In this document: piece by piece, positions 53,503 to 64,000 of the stretch
Layout of the letters: the number at the start of each line of letters is the position of its first letter
Position numbering within the stretch: the stretch's first letter is position 1
NCBI GenBank assembly: GCA_018714625.1
Contig: DVNE01000009.1
Span: 16,840 to 80,839, forward strand
DNA: 64,000 nucleotides
Direction: 5' to 3'
From: Candidatus Coproplasma excrementigallinarum
GTDB taxonomy: Bacteria > Bacillota > Clostridia > Christensenellales > Borkfalkiaceae
Made by a program: the position numbers and the translations under genes
The notes under the pieces: model-generated
What the model was told of the DNA's origin: nothing
Database searches by the model: none
Seen by the model: the letters and a program-made list of their open reading frames with translations, nothing else

Positions 53503-55671
53503 ATGGGCAAGATAAATATACTCACAAAGGATATTTACAACAGAATTGCTGCGGGCGAGGTTATAGAACGGCCGTACTCCGCCGTAAAGGAGCTTATAGA
53601 AAACTCGCTCGATGCAGGAGCAAACGAGATATCTGTGTATATCGAAAATGGCGGAAGGCAGCTTATTAAAGTGTGCGACAACGGATGCGGCATAGAGTCT
53701 GACGATATGCGCAAGGCCTTTATTCCGCACGCCACGAGCAAGGTTGCAAGCGTGGATGACCTCGACGAGATTACTACGCTCGGTTTCCGCGGCGAGGCGC
53801 TTGCGAGTATCTCCTCGATTTCGCGCACGGAGATAACCTCCGTCACAAAGGGCAATCAGGCCTGCCGAGTGGTTAGTGAAGACGGCTACATAGGCAAGGT
53901 TGAGCCTGCCGCTCTCGACTGTGGCACAGAGGTTGCCGTGCACGACCTCTTCTACAATACCCCCGTACGCGCCAAATTTTTAAAATCGGAAAAGGCGGAG
54001 GAGAGCGATATACGCAACTTCGTTTCGCGTTACATTCTGGGAAATCCCGACGTTTCGTTCAGATATTTTTGCGACGGCAAACTCAAGCTTCAGTCCTTCG
54101 GCAACGGTCTTGACGAGGCGGTGGCTCAGGTCTACGGTGCAAAGGTTATTTCCGAGTGCTTTAAGCTTAAAGCCGAAAAAAACGGCATTAAGATACACGG
54201 CTTTATAGGCAACCAGAACTTTTTTAAACCCAACAAGAGTTACCAGAGCCTGTTTTTAAACGGCAGGTATATAGTAAACGGCATAATTTCTTCGGCGATA
54301 ACAAACGCCTACGCGAGCTACGCAATGAAGAGGCAGTACCCGTTTTACGTGCTTTTTGTGGATGTCCCGCACGACATGGTTGATGTAAATGTGCATCCCA
54401 ACAAGTCGGATGTGCGCTTTACGGACGGCAGAGCGATATACAGCGCGGTTTACTCGGTAATTTCGGGCGTGCTTGACGGTACGGCGCGCGCCGCAGATTT
54501 TGTTATAGACTATGCAAGGCTGCCTGAGGTGAAGTCGACTGCCGAACAGGTTGTAATGCCTTCGCAGGGAATGGCTGCAGGTATGTCTGAACCGATTAAA
54601 ACTGTCGGTCCGGAATTTGCGGCAAAGACTGAGAGTGCTGCTGAAAAGCCTGAAAATATTGGCAAAAAGGACGCGGATAGTCTTTCAGACAAGCGCATTT
54701 CCGCTTTAGATTTTGTGCAAAGTCGGACGGCCGTAGAAAAGCCGGGTATTCCTGCTCCCGTCAAAGAGCTTTCGGGCGCGGAGAAACCCTGTCAGGCTGC
54801 TGCAGATGCTCAGTCGGCAACAGAAAAGCCAAACTATTCTGTGCCCGACGAAAAGCTCTTTAAAGAGGAGGACAGTTTCAACGCCGATAAGCACCGCGGC
54901 GAAAAGACGGCCTACGACGACTATGCTGCACCCGAATTTGTCGACAGAGAAAAGGATTATCCCGTCTACGCCTATTATTCCGCGCTCAAAAAGCGTAACA
55001 CAATGAGTGTGAGTGCTCCGGGGATTGAAATGCAGCCTGCGCCGACTTCTGAGGAGCTGGAACAAAAGCACAAGGCAGAGCAGGAAAAGTTTACCTGCCG
55101 CTCATACACCTACAAGGGCAATCTGTTCAATACCTATCTTCTGTACGAAATAGGCAGCGACGTATATATCATAGACCAGCACGCGGCGCACGAAAGACTT
55201 ATTTATAACAAGCTCAAGGCAGAGATTGCGGACAGAAATGTTCCCCGCCAGGGACTGCTCTTGCCATATACTTTTTCGCTTTCCCCCGAGGAGAGCTCGT
55301 TTATCGACGAAAATATAGAGATTATTCGAGGAATGGGCTTTGATTTGGAGCCGTTCGGAATTAACTCGTACAGAATAAATGAAGTGCCTGTCGACCTGGA
55401 GGACCTTGACTTCAAGGCATTCTTTGACGAGCTTCTCTCCGACCTTGTCGGCCTTAAAGCCGTTAAAATGGAGGAAATACTCAAGGATAAAATAGCAATG
55501 GCGGCCTGCAAGCACGCTGTCAAGGGTGGTATGGAGCTTACCAGGCAGGAGGCTGACGAGCTGCTTGAGGCTATGCACGGCGATATGGGTATGAAGTGCC
55601 CTCACGGCAGACCTGTTGCGGTAAAACTTACCAAGTCGCAGATAGAAAAAATGTTCAAAAGGATTGTGTGA
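53503..55671 (+). CDS. mutL: DNA mismatch repair protein MutL (endonuclease type)
   Basis: GHKL ATPase N-terminus (IAAGEVIERPYSAVKELIENSLDAGA; DNGCGI), a disordered linker, and a C-terminal dimerisation/endonuclease domain with DQHAAHERL and CPHGRP. Confidence 0.95.
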   Translation: MGKINILTKDIYNRIAAGEVIERPYSAVKELIENSLDAGANEISVYIENGGRQLIKVCDNGCGIESDDMRKAFIPHATSKVASVDDLDEITTLGFRGEALASISSISRTEITSVTKGNQACRVVSEDGYIGKVEPAALDCGTEVAVHDLFYNTPVRAKFLKSEKAEESDIRNFVSRYILGNPDVSFRYFCDGKLKLQSFGNGLDEAVAQVYGAKVISECFKLKAEKNGIKIHGFIGNQNFFKPNKSYQSLFLNGRYIVNGIISSAITNAYASYAMKRQYPFYVLFVDVPHDMVDVNVHPNKSDVRFTDGRAIYSAVYSVISGVLDGTARAADFVIDYARLPEVKSTAEQVVMPSQGMAAGMSEPIKTVGPEFAAKTESAAEKPENIGKKDADSLSDKRISALDFVQSRTAVEKPGIPAPVKELSGAEKPCQAAADAQSATEKPNYSVPDEKLFKEEDSFNADKHRGEKTAYDDYAAPEFVDREKDYPVYAYYSALKKRNTMSVSAPGIEMQPAPTSEELEQKHKAEQEKFTCRSYTYKGNLFNTYLLYEIGSDVYIIDQHAAHERLIYNKLKAEIADRNVPRQGLLLPYTFSLSPEESSFIDENIEIIRGMGFDLEPFGINSYRINEVPVDLEDLDFKAFFDELLSDLVGLKAVKMEEILKDKIAMAACKHAVKGGMELTRQEADELLEAMHGDMGMKCPHGRPVAVKLTKSQIEKMFKRIV

Positions 55672-56573
55672 TGGCGCAGGTGCTTGTAATATGCGGCGCC
55701 ACCGCAACCGGTAAGACGGCGCTCGCGGCTGAATGTGCAAAGGCGCTTTCCAGTGCAGTTATATCGGCGGACTCACAGCTTGTATATAGAGGACTGAACA
55801 TCGGCACGGCCAAGCCTTCCGAGGAGGAAAAACTAGGCGTTCCGCATTATATGATAGATGTTGCCGAACCTGACGCGGAGTACAGCGTCTCCGATTACAG
55901 AGACGAGGCTCTGCCCATTGTGGAGCGCTATGTAAACGATGGTAAGATACCTGTAATATGCGGCGGAACGGGCTTTTATATAAATTCCCTGCTGTTTGAT
56001 CTGAGTTACGGCGGCGTGGCTGCCGACCCGGCTGTAAGGCAAAAATTTATTAATCTTGCAGAGGAACGCGGGAAGGAGTACCTGTACGGACTTTTAAAGG
56101 AGTGCGACCTTCAGTCCGCTGAAAAACTCCACCCCAACGACTTAAAACGCGTTGTGCGCGCGCTTGAGATATACCACTCAGGCGGCAGAAAGAAGTCTGA
56201 ACTGTGTGACGGAAATAAAAAGCGGTTTGATTATCTGGCCGTTGCCATAGATTATCCGAGGGAGGAGCTGTATGCCCGCATAGACAGACGCGTCGACATA
56301 ATGTTTGAGCGCGGCCTTGTGGACGAGGTAAAAAGCCTTTTCGCCTGCGGCATAGACGAAAATTGCCGCAGTATGCAGGCTATTGGCTATAAAGAGGTGC
56401 TTGAAGGGTTGAAAAATGGCAGTTTGCAAAGTACTATGCGTGATATAATCAAGCAAAATACAAGGCATTATGCCAAAAGGCAACTTACATTTTTTAAAAA
56501 ATTGCCCTCGCTTATCAATCTCAGCCCTGAAGATGCAACTGTGGAGCGCGTCCTTGCCATGCTGGATTGCTGA
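55671..56573 (+). CDS. miaA: tRNA dimethylallyltransferase
   Basis: P-loop ICGATATGKTALA, DSQLVYRGLNIGTAKP and the IPT family layout. ATG 55671 overlaps the mutL stop (TGATG). Confidence 0.95.
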   Translation: MAQVLVICGATATGKTALAAECAKALSSAVISADSQLVYRGLNIGTAKPSEEEKLGVPHYMIDVAEPDAEYSVSDYRDEALPIVERYVNDGKIPVICGGTGFYINSLLFDLSYGGVAADPAVRQKFINLAEERGKEYLYGLLKECDLQSAEKLHPNDLKRVVRALEIYHSGGRKKSELCDGNKKRFDYLAVAIDYPREELYARIDRRVDIMFERGLVDEVKSLFACGIDENCRSMQAIGYKEVLEGLKNGSLQSTMRDIIKQNTRHYAKRQLTFFKKLPSLINLSPEDATVERVLAMLDC

Positions 56574-56744
56574 TTTTAAAAATTGTGTTAACACAACTTT
56601 ATAAAAAGGGTGCGTTGATATAATATAAAACCTGATAAAACTTTGTATTTTACTAGGTATTTATGCCTGAAACTTGATATAAAATTCAATAAAGAAGAAG
56701 AGTTACAATAATTCAAAAGAGTTACAAGAGAGTTTTTAACTGTT

Positions 56745-57980
56745 ATGAAAAATAGTTATTCTGAAAATTTTGACAAAGACGAGTATATAAAAAGGTGTGA
56801 AGCAAAGCTTGCGCCGCTGTTTGAAAAGATTGACGATGTGGCGCTCTATAACCAGTCAAAGGTGTGCGAGGCGTTCAAAAATAACCGTATTGCCGCCCGT
56901 CATTTTTCTGGCACTACGGGCTATGGATATGGCGACGAGGGAAGGGATGCTCTCGGTGCTGTGTTTGCCGAGGCGTTCGGTGCCGAGGCCGGCATAGTTT
57001 CTCCGCACATTCTTTCAGGCACGCACGCGCTTACCGTCGCGCTCTTCGGCCTTCTTCGCCCGGGTGATACCCTCTTTTGTGTGAGCGGACTGCCGTATGA
57101 TACCATTCGCGGCGTTATCTACGGCGAAGGAAACGGTTCGCTTAAAGATTTCGGGATTAAATTCAGGTGTGTCGACCTTAAGGACGGTAAGATGGATTTT
57201 GATGCCGTCAGGGCAGGACTTGCCGAGGCAACAGTCGTATATATTCAACGCTCCCGCGGATACGAACTGCGTGACGCGTTTTCTGTTGAAGAAATAGGCG
57301 AAATGTGCGATTTCGTTCGCAAAAACGGCTTTAAAGGTTGCATTTTCGTCGATAATTGCTATGGCGAATTTGTAGAAAAAAGAGAGCCCGTTCAGGTCGG
57401 CGCGGACATTATTGTCGGATCGCTTATAAAAAATCCTGGCGGCGGGCTTGCTCAGACTGGCGGTTATATCTGCGGCAAAGAGGAGTATATAGACATGATA
57501 GGCAAGCGCCTCACTGCGCCGTCAATCGGTCTGGAGGTTGGTTCGCACGCGCTAGGATATCAGTACTATTATCAGGGATTTTTTATGGCTCCGCATACTG
57601 TTGCTCAGGCGCTTAAGTGCAGCCTTCTGATAGGTGAGGCTATGGCAGGTCTCGGTTATAAAAATTATCCTTCGACAGATGCTCTTCCCAACGATATTAC
57701 CCGCGCCATTGAGTTTGGCGACGCAGATAAAATGGTCAATTTTATCAGGGAAGTTCAGTACGCGTCGCCCGTAGACGGCTATGTCACCTGCGAACCGTGG
57801 GATATGCCCGGCTATGACGATAAAATCATAATGGCGGCAGGCACTTTTGTTTCAGGCGCCTCGATAGAGTTATCTGCGGACGGGCCCGTCAGACCGCCCT
57901 ATATTGCCTATTTCCAGGGCGGGCTCACCTATGAACACGGCAAATACGCCCTTAAAAAGATACTTGACAAGCTTGTATGA
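56745..57980 (+). CDS. YnbB / 'aluminium resistance protein' family PLP-dependent enzyme (Met-gamma-lyase-like fold)
   Basis: 411 aa. HFSGTTGYGYGDEGRD, SGTHAL, and GSLIKNPGGG (PLP-lysine region) are characteristic of the YnbB family. Confidence 0.75.
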   Translation: MKNSYSENFDKDEYIKRCEAKLAPLFEKIDDVALYNQSKVCEAFKNNRIAARHFSGTTGYGYGDEGRDALGAVFAEAFGAEAGIVSPHILSGTHALTVALFGLLRPGDTLFCVSGLPYDTIRGVIYGEGNGSLKDFGIKFRCVDLKDGKMDFDAVRAGLAEATVVYIQRSRGYELRDAFSVEEIGEMCDFVRKNGFKGCIFVDNCYGEFVEKREPVQVGADIIVGSLIKNPGGGLAQTGGYICGKEEYIDMIGKRLTAPSIGLEVGSHALGYQYYYQGFFMAPHTVAQALKCSLLIGEAMAGLGYKNYPSTDALPNDITRAIEFGDADKMVNFIREVQYASPVDGYVTCEPWDMPGYDDKIIMAAGTFVSGASIELSADGPVRPPYIAYFQGGLTYEHGKYALKKILDKLV

Positions 57981-58119
57981 GTAAAAAATTGCCTGAGTAA
58001 AAACTTTGCGGGCGGAATTTTTGAAAGCGTAGTTAAAAAGTTCCTAAAATAGAAGTTTTTAAAAGGGAAGTGCTTATATTTTTCCGAAATGGAATTGGTT
58101 ATATTATGACCGTTACAAA

Positions 58120-58166
58120 AATTAACCCGCAGCGCGGCAAGATTGCCGCGCTGCGGGTTAATTTTG
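58120..58166 (+). terminator. strong rho-independent terminator after the YnbB-like gene
   Basis: Perfect stem of about 20 bp, ATTAACCCGCAGCGCGGCAA / TTGCCGCGCTGCGGGTTAAT, with a GAT loop, then TTTTG. Confidence 0.9.
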
Positions 58167-58343
58167 TAGGTTTAAAGTAAGCTTTGTAAGCTTTAAATGT
58201 AATTAGCAAAATAAAACTATCTGTATTTTTATAGTTGCTGAAATACAATGTAGCTTAATAAAAGCTTATCCTGCAAAAATGCTTTTTCTAAAGCCCTCTT
58301 TGAAGTATCTCGACAAAAGTAATATGAGTCTTTGAATAACTAC

Positions 58344-58383
58344 AAAAAAATGCGCCTTGGCGAAATTTTTTCGCCAGGGCGCA
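58344..58383 (-). terminator. rho-independent terminator after groEL
   Basis: On the minus strand: TGCGCCCTGGCGAAA / TTTCGCCAAGGCGCA (one mismatch), followed by TTTTTTT. Confidence 0.85.
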
Positions 58384-58410
58384 TTGCCTCAATTTAATTT
58401 GAGCTGTTTA

Positions 58411-60341
<1,931 letters not shown>

Positions 60342-60405
60342 AAAAGTTACCTCCGATAAACTTTATATTTTTCGTACAAAGTTTTTATAAACGAAGGAGG
60401 GCAAA

Positions 60406-60426
60406 CTTAAACATATTCTTAAACAT
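60406..60426. promoter_or_regulatory. 9-bp direct repeat CTTAAACAT-ATT-CTTAAACAT upstream of groES, a candidate operator
   Basis: Exact copies at 60406-60414 and 60418-60426, 65-85 nt upstream of the groES ATG. No CIRCE inverted repeat is present in this spacer. Confidence 0.3.
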
Positions 60427-60440
60427 AATCTTATAAAAAA

Positions 60441-60469
60441 TTGCAATCTGATAAAAGATGTGTTACAAT
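60441..60469 (+). promoter_or_regulatory. sigma-A-type promoter of the dCMP deaminase gene (TTGCAA-17-TACAAT with TGT extended -10)
   Basis: Hexamers at 60441-60446 and 60464-60469, with TG at 60461-60462. Confidence 0.65.
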
Positions 60470-60495
60470 ATTTTGCGTAAATAACAGAGGTGTGA

Positions 60496-60960
60496 TTGAG
60501 TTTTATGGACAAATGGGATAAAAGGTTTATGGAGCTCACCGAGCATATAGGCGAATGGTCGAGTTGCATAAGAGGAAACAGACACGTGGGTGCCGTAATA
60601 GTGCGCGATAAACGCATTATTGCCACGGGCTATAACGGCGCGCCCCAGGGCATACCCAGCTGTGCCGACAAGGGCGAATGTCTGCGCAACAAGATGGGCA
60701 TAAAGAGCGGCACAATGCAGGAAATCTGCTACGCCGTGCACGCCGAGCAGAACGCCATAATTCAGGCGGCAAGGGTAGGCTCAAGCGTTGAGGGCTGCAC
60801 GCTCTACTGTACGCACCAGCCCTGCGTCATATGCGCTAAAATAATAATAAATTCGGGCATCAAGCGCGTCGTCTACAACGAAGGCTATCCCGACGACTTT
60901 TCGTTGAGACTCTTCGACGAAGCGGGCGTCACCCTGCAGAAATTTTCTGAGCTGGAGTGA
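60496..60960 (+). CDS. comEB: dCMP deaminase (ComEB-type cytidine/deoxycytidylate deaminase)
   Basis: Zinc motifs HAEQNAI and PCVICAKII. About 150 aa. The TTG 60496 start is well spaced from GAGG (60487-60490); ATG 60505 is the alternative. Confidence 0.85.
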   Translation: MSFMDKWDKRFMELTEHIGEWSSCIRGNRHVGAVIVRDKRIIATGYNGAPQGIPSCADKGECLRNKMGIKSGTMQEICYAVHAEQNAIIQAARVGSSVEGCTLYCTHQPCVICAKIIINSGIKRVVYNEGYPDDFSLRLFDEAGVTLQKFSELE

Positions 60961-61088
60961 ACCGCGCAAGCCTCTCATATTTTTAAAAGCAGGCTCAGAC
61001 TGACGGAAAGCAAGCGCAGGACTGAATACCGAAAGATTGCAAAAGTACTTTAAAGAGTACAGAAAATAAATTTCAGAAGGAATGTATT

Positions 61089-61610
61089 ATGAAAAATCCC
61101 GTTGTCACAATAGAGATGGAAAACGGCAAAAAGATAGTTGTCGAGCTCTACCCCGAAAAGGCGCCCAATACGGTAAATAATTTTTTAAGCCTGGTAAAGA
61201 GCGGATTTTATGACGGCCTCACCTTTCACAGAGTTATAAAGGACTTTATGATACAGGGCGGCGACCCGGCAGGTACGGGTACTGGCGGCCCCGGATATAC
61301 TATCCGCGGCGAGTTTGCTTTGAATGGCTTTAAGCAGAACGATATAAAGCATCTTCGCGGCGTGCTCTCTATGGCGCGCACAGTGATGCCGGACAGTGCA
61401 GGTTCGCAGTTTTTTATAATGCACGAAAACGCCGCCCATCTTGACGGACAGTATGCGGCATTCGGCAAAGTAATCGACGGTATGGACGTAGTGGACGAGA
61501 TAGCGGACGTACGCACCGACTTCCGCGATAAGCCTTTGACGCCTCAGGTAATGAAGAAGGTCACGTGCGAAACATTCGGCGTCGTGTACCCCGAGCCCAA
61601 GAAATATTGA
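61089..61610 (+). CDS. ppiB: cyclophilin-type peptidyl-prolyl cis-trans isomerase
   Basis: FHRVIKDFMIQGGDP, GSQFFI and the HLDGQYAAFGKV cyclophilin signature. Confidence 0.9.
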   Translation: MKNPVVTIEMENGKKIVVELYPEKAPNTVNNFLSLVKSGFYDGLTFHRVIKDFMIQGGDPAGTGTGGPGYTIRGEFALNGFKQNDIKHLRGVLSMARTVMPDSAGSQFFIMHENAAHLDGQYAAFGKVIDGMDVVDEIADVRTDFRDKPLTPQVMKKVTCETFGVVYPEPKKY

Positions 61611-61696
61611 GCCGTGTAAAAGCGGAGGCCGATATGCAGAAAAATGTCGGCTCTGAATAATAAATAATCTTATGATAAATCAATTTGGAGAGAAAT

Positions 61697-63133
61697 ATGC
61701 CTGATAACAGTGTTTACGAGAACCCTCTTATAACAAGGTACGCAAGCCGTGAAATGAGCGAAAACTTTTCCGACGACAAGCGTTTCAAACTGTGGCGCAA
61801 GCTGTGGATTGCGCTTGCCGAGTCTGAAATGGAGCTCGGTCTCAACATCAAAAAGTCGCAGATAGACGAAATGAAGAAGTACGCGGACGACATAAATTTT
61901 GATGTCGCCGCCAAGTATGAGCGCGAAGTGCGTCACGACGTTATGGCGCACGTAAAGGCCTTCGGCGACCAGGCCAAGTCAGCCGCACCCATAATTCACC
62001 TCGGCGCAACGAGCTGCTTTGTAGACTGCAATTCCGAGCTTATCATTATTTACGACGCCCTCAACATTATAAAGGCAAAGCTTGTCAATGTGATGGACAA
62101 ACTCCGTACTTTTGCTTTGAAGTACAAGGATATGCCCACGCTCGGATTTACCCATCTTCAGCCCGCGCAGCTTACAACGGTAGGCAAGCGCGCCACGCTC
62201 TGGCTTCAGGACCTCGAGATGGATTACAACAACCTCACAAACCTCTTTGCCCAGTTCAAACTCCGCGGAGTGAAGGGTACTACGGGTACTCAGGCAAGCT
62301 TTATGGAGCTGTTCGACGGCGACGAAGCCAAGGTAAAAGAGCTTGAAAATAGGGTAGTTGCCAAGATGGGATTTGAAAAGGTTTACGGCGTGACCGGTCA
62401 GACCTATCCCAGAAAATTTGACTACAATGTGCTTTGCGTACTCTCACAGATGGCACAGAGTGCATACAAATTCTCCAACGATGTACGTATTCTTCAGAAT
62501 ATGAAGGAGATAGAGGAGCCGTTTGAAAAGTCGCAGATAGGTTCTTCCGCAATGGCGTACAAGCGCAACCCCATGCGCAGCGAAAGAATGGGCTCGCTTG
62601 CAAGGTTTGTTATATCGCTGCCTATGAACAGTGCGATAACGGCAGGCACGCAGTGGTTTGAACGCACCCTCGATGACTCGGCGAACCGCAGAATAGTAAA
62701 TGCGCAGGCCTTCCTCGCTCTCGACGGCATACTCAATATTTACATGAACGTATCCGAAAATCTTGTCGTGTACGATAAGGTAATTGCCAGGCATATAGCC
62801 GCCGAACTTCCTTTCATGGCTACCGAAAACATAATGATGGAGTGTGTAAAGGCGGGCGGAAACAGGCAGGAGCTGCACGAGAGAATACGTGTTCTCTCTA
62901 TGGAGGCCGGCCGCAATGTAAAAGTCAACGGCGGCGAAAATAATCTTATCGAGCTTATAAAAAAGGACGATATGTTTGCTGCCGTAAAGGACAGCCTCGA
63001 CGAAATTCTCGACGCCAGAAAATTTATCGGTCGTGCGCCCTCACAGGTGGTGGAATTTATTTCCAATGAGATAGATCCCATTCTTGAAGAGAATAAGTCT
63101 TTGCTCGGCCGCAAGGGTGAAGTTAAAGTTTAA
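61697..63133 (+). CDS. purB: adenylosuccinate lyase
   Basis: Fumarate-lyase superfamily signature GSSAMAYKRNP and a long-form PurB N-terminus YENPLITRYASREM. GGAG at 61687-61690 precedes ATG 61697. Confidence 0.95.
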   Translation: MPDNSVYENPLITRYASREMSENFSDDKRFKLWRKLWIALAESEMELGLNIKKSQIDEMKKYADDINFDVAAKYEREVRHDVMAHVKAFGDQAKSAAPIIHLGATSCFVDCNSELIIIYDALNIIKAKLVNVMDKLRTFALKYKDMPTLGFTHLQPAQLTTVGKRATLWLQDLEMDYNNLTNLFAQFKLRGVKGTTGTQASFMELFDGDEAKVKELENRVVAKMGFEKVYGVTGQTYPRKFDYNVLCVLSQMAQSAYKFSNDVRILQNMKEIEEPFEKSQIGSSAMAYKRNPMRSERMGSLARFVISLPMNSAITAGTQWFERTLDDSANRRIVNAQAFLALDGILNIYMNVSENLVVYDKVIARHIAAELPFMATENIMMECVKAGGNRQELHERIRVLSMEAGRNVKVNGGENNLIELIKKDDMFAAVKDSLDEILDARKFIGRAPSQVVEFISNEIDPILEENKSLLGRKGEVKV

Positions 63134-63195
63134 AAAGTCAAAAGACGGGCGGATTGTATGAGCCGCCGAAAGAAAATATCATAAATTTGTGTCCG

Positions 63196-63221
63196 TGCCT
63201 GCCGCATAAAAACGGCAGGCA
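63196..63221 (+). other. 9-bp perfect stem-loop after purB (no U-tract)
   Basis: TGCCTGCCG (63196-63204) pairs with CGGCAGGCA (63213-63221) across an 8-nt A-rich loop. Confidence 0.45.
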
Positions 63222-63274
63222 GGATATTGTAATGAAATAAACATAAGGGAAACAAAATTTTTGGAGCTTATTAA

Positions 63275-64000
63275 ATGGAAAAACAAATTGAAAATCAGGC
63301 CGATATAGCGGGTCAGAATGATAACGACGGGGAGCTTGATTCCGACGGCAGTATTAAAGACGGCACAGGCAGTCAGAAACAATCAAAAAAACATAAAATA
63401 CATATCTTTATACTCGATTGTCTGCTCACCGTTGTTATGGCGCTTTTGTTTGCGCTCAATTACAGACTTTTTATACTTCCCAACAACTTTGCATCTGCAG
63501 GCTTCAGCGGTATTGCGGCTATGATAGAGTATGCCACAAAATTTCCTGCGGGTTACTTTTCGCTGATAACCAACGTGCCGCTCTGTATTTTTGCATTCTT
63601 TTTTATCACAAAAGATTTTGCAATAAAAACTTCTATTTTTTCAATATTCTATTCCCTGTTTCTTATAATGTTTGAACAGTGGATAGATTTATCGGCCTTT
63701 CAGTACGAGGCGCACGGTGTAGATACCATCTATCCCGCACTCATAGCCGGCGCTATCTGCGGCTTTGTGTACGGCGTAAGTTTCCGCCGCAATTCTTCTA
63801 CGGCGGGTGCGGATATTGTTGCAAAGTACGTAAGCATAAAGAAGCCGATGCTCAACTTTTTCTGGATAAACTTTGCAATCAATGCGACTATTGCGGTTAT
63901 TTCTTACTTTGTCTATGGTGTTCATCCCGACGGTACTATTGCGTATGACTATAAGCCCGTCTGCCAGTGTATGGTATATTGCCTGCTTTCCAGCTTCGTC
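63275..64000 (+). CDS. YitT-family (DUF161/DUF2179) integral membrane protein, 3'-truncated by the window edge
   Basis: This ORF is absent from the supplied track because it has no stop inside the window. ATG 63275 follows GGAG (63263-63266). My translation is MEKQIENQ...ALNYRLFILPNNFASAGFSGIAAMI...FRRNSSTAGADIVAKYV, which is typical of YitT proteins. Confidence 0.7.
   Translation, partial: MEKQIENQADIAGQNDNDGELDSDGSIKDGTGSQKQSKKHKIHIFILDCLLTVVMALLFALNYRLFILPNNFASAGFSGIAAMIEYATKFPAGYFSLITNVPLCIFAFFFITKDFAIKTSIFSIFYSLFLIMFEQWIDLSAFQYEAHGVDTIYPALIAGAICGFVYGVSFRRNSSTAGADIVAKYVSIKKPMLNFFWINFAINATIAVISYFVYGVHPDGTIAYDYKPVCQCMVYCLLSSFV

Noticed and set aside
58106-58180. A 24-codon ORF (MTVTKINPQRGKIAALRVNFVGLK) lies after the YnbB-like gene.
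   Set aside because: It is composed almost entirely of the two arms of the 20-bp terminator hairpin, and it has no convincing SD.

Overview
This window looks like core chromosome from a Firmicutes/Clostridia-type genome, judged by gene content and synteny: dcw cluster, spoVG, pgsA-cinA-recA-rny, miaB-mutS-mutL-miaA, groES-groEL. I call 44 protein-coding genes, 38 of them on the + strand. The two edge genes are truncated by the window: murE at the 5' end and a YitT-family gene at the 3' end. The blocks in order are:
- cell-wall and division genes: murE-mraY-murD-ftsW-murA-ftsQ-ftsA-ftsZ, an inverted spoVG, then murC
- a DUF815 ATPase and ilvC
- ftsK-rimO-pgsA-cinA-recA-nadE-rny
- a divergent pair: a membrane-anchored PadR-like regulator and an acyl-ACP thioesterase
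- a DUF45 metallopeptidase
- an arginine/carbamoyl-phosphate cluster: argG, argC, argJBDF-carAB
- a cysteine desulfurase and thiI, then a class A PBP
- miaB-mutS-mutL-miaA and a YnbB-like PLP enzyme
- groES-groEL, a dCMP deaminase, a cyclophilin and purB

I saw no rRNA, tRNA, CRISPR array, transposase, integrase, phage gene or recognisable defence island. The window is overwhelmingly housekeeping and I do not claim a multi-gene novel system.

The observations most worth follow-up are:
1. carB is fused in frame to a DapF-like domain of about 275 aa. That domain has lost the first of the two catalytic cysteines.
2. A GC-rich, internally repeated element of about 200 nt with no credible ORF sits between two terminators in the ftsZ/spoVG convergent gap. 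It is a candidate structured RNA of unknown class.
3. A PadR-family regulator is tethered to four C-terminal TM helices by an acidic linker of about 400 aa, and is divergent from an acyl-ACP thioesterase.
4. The FtsA homologue in the canonical ftsQ-ftsA-ftsZ slot has all three glycine-rich nucleotide-binding motifs substituted.
5. An identical 24-nt stretch encoding QQQYAQPQ occurs in the disordered linkers of both ftsZ and ftsK.
6. Three tandem 34-bp hairpin repeats lie between miaB and mutS.

All calls rest on reading the translations, motifs and sequence. No database search was possible.
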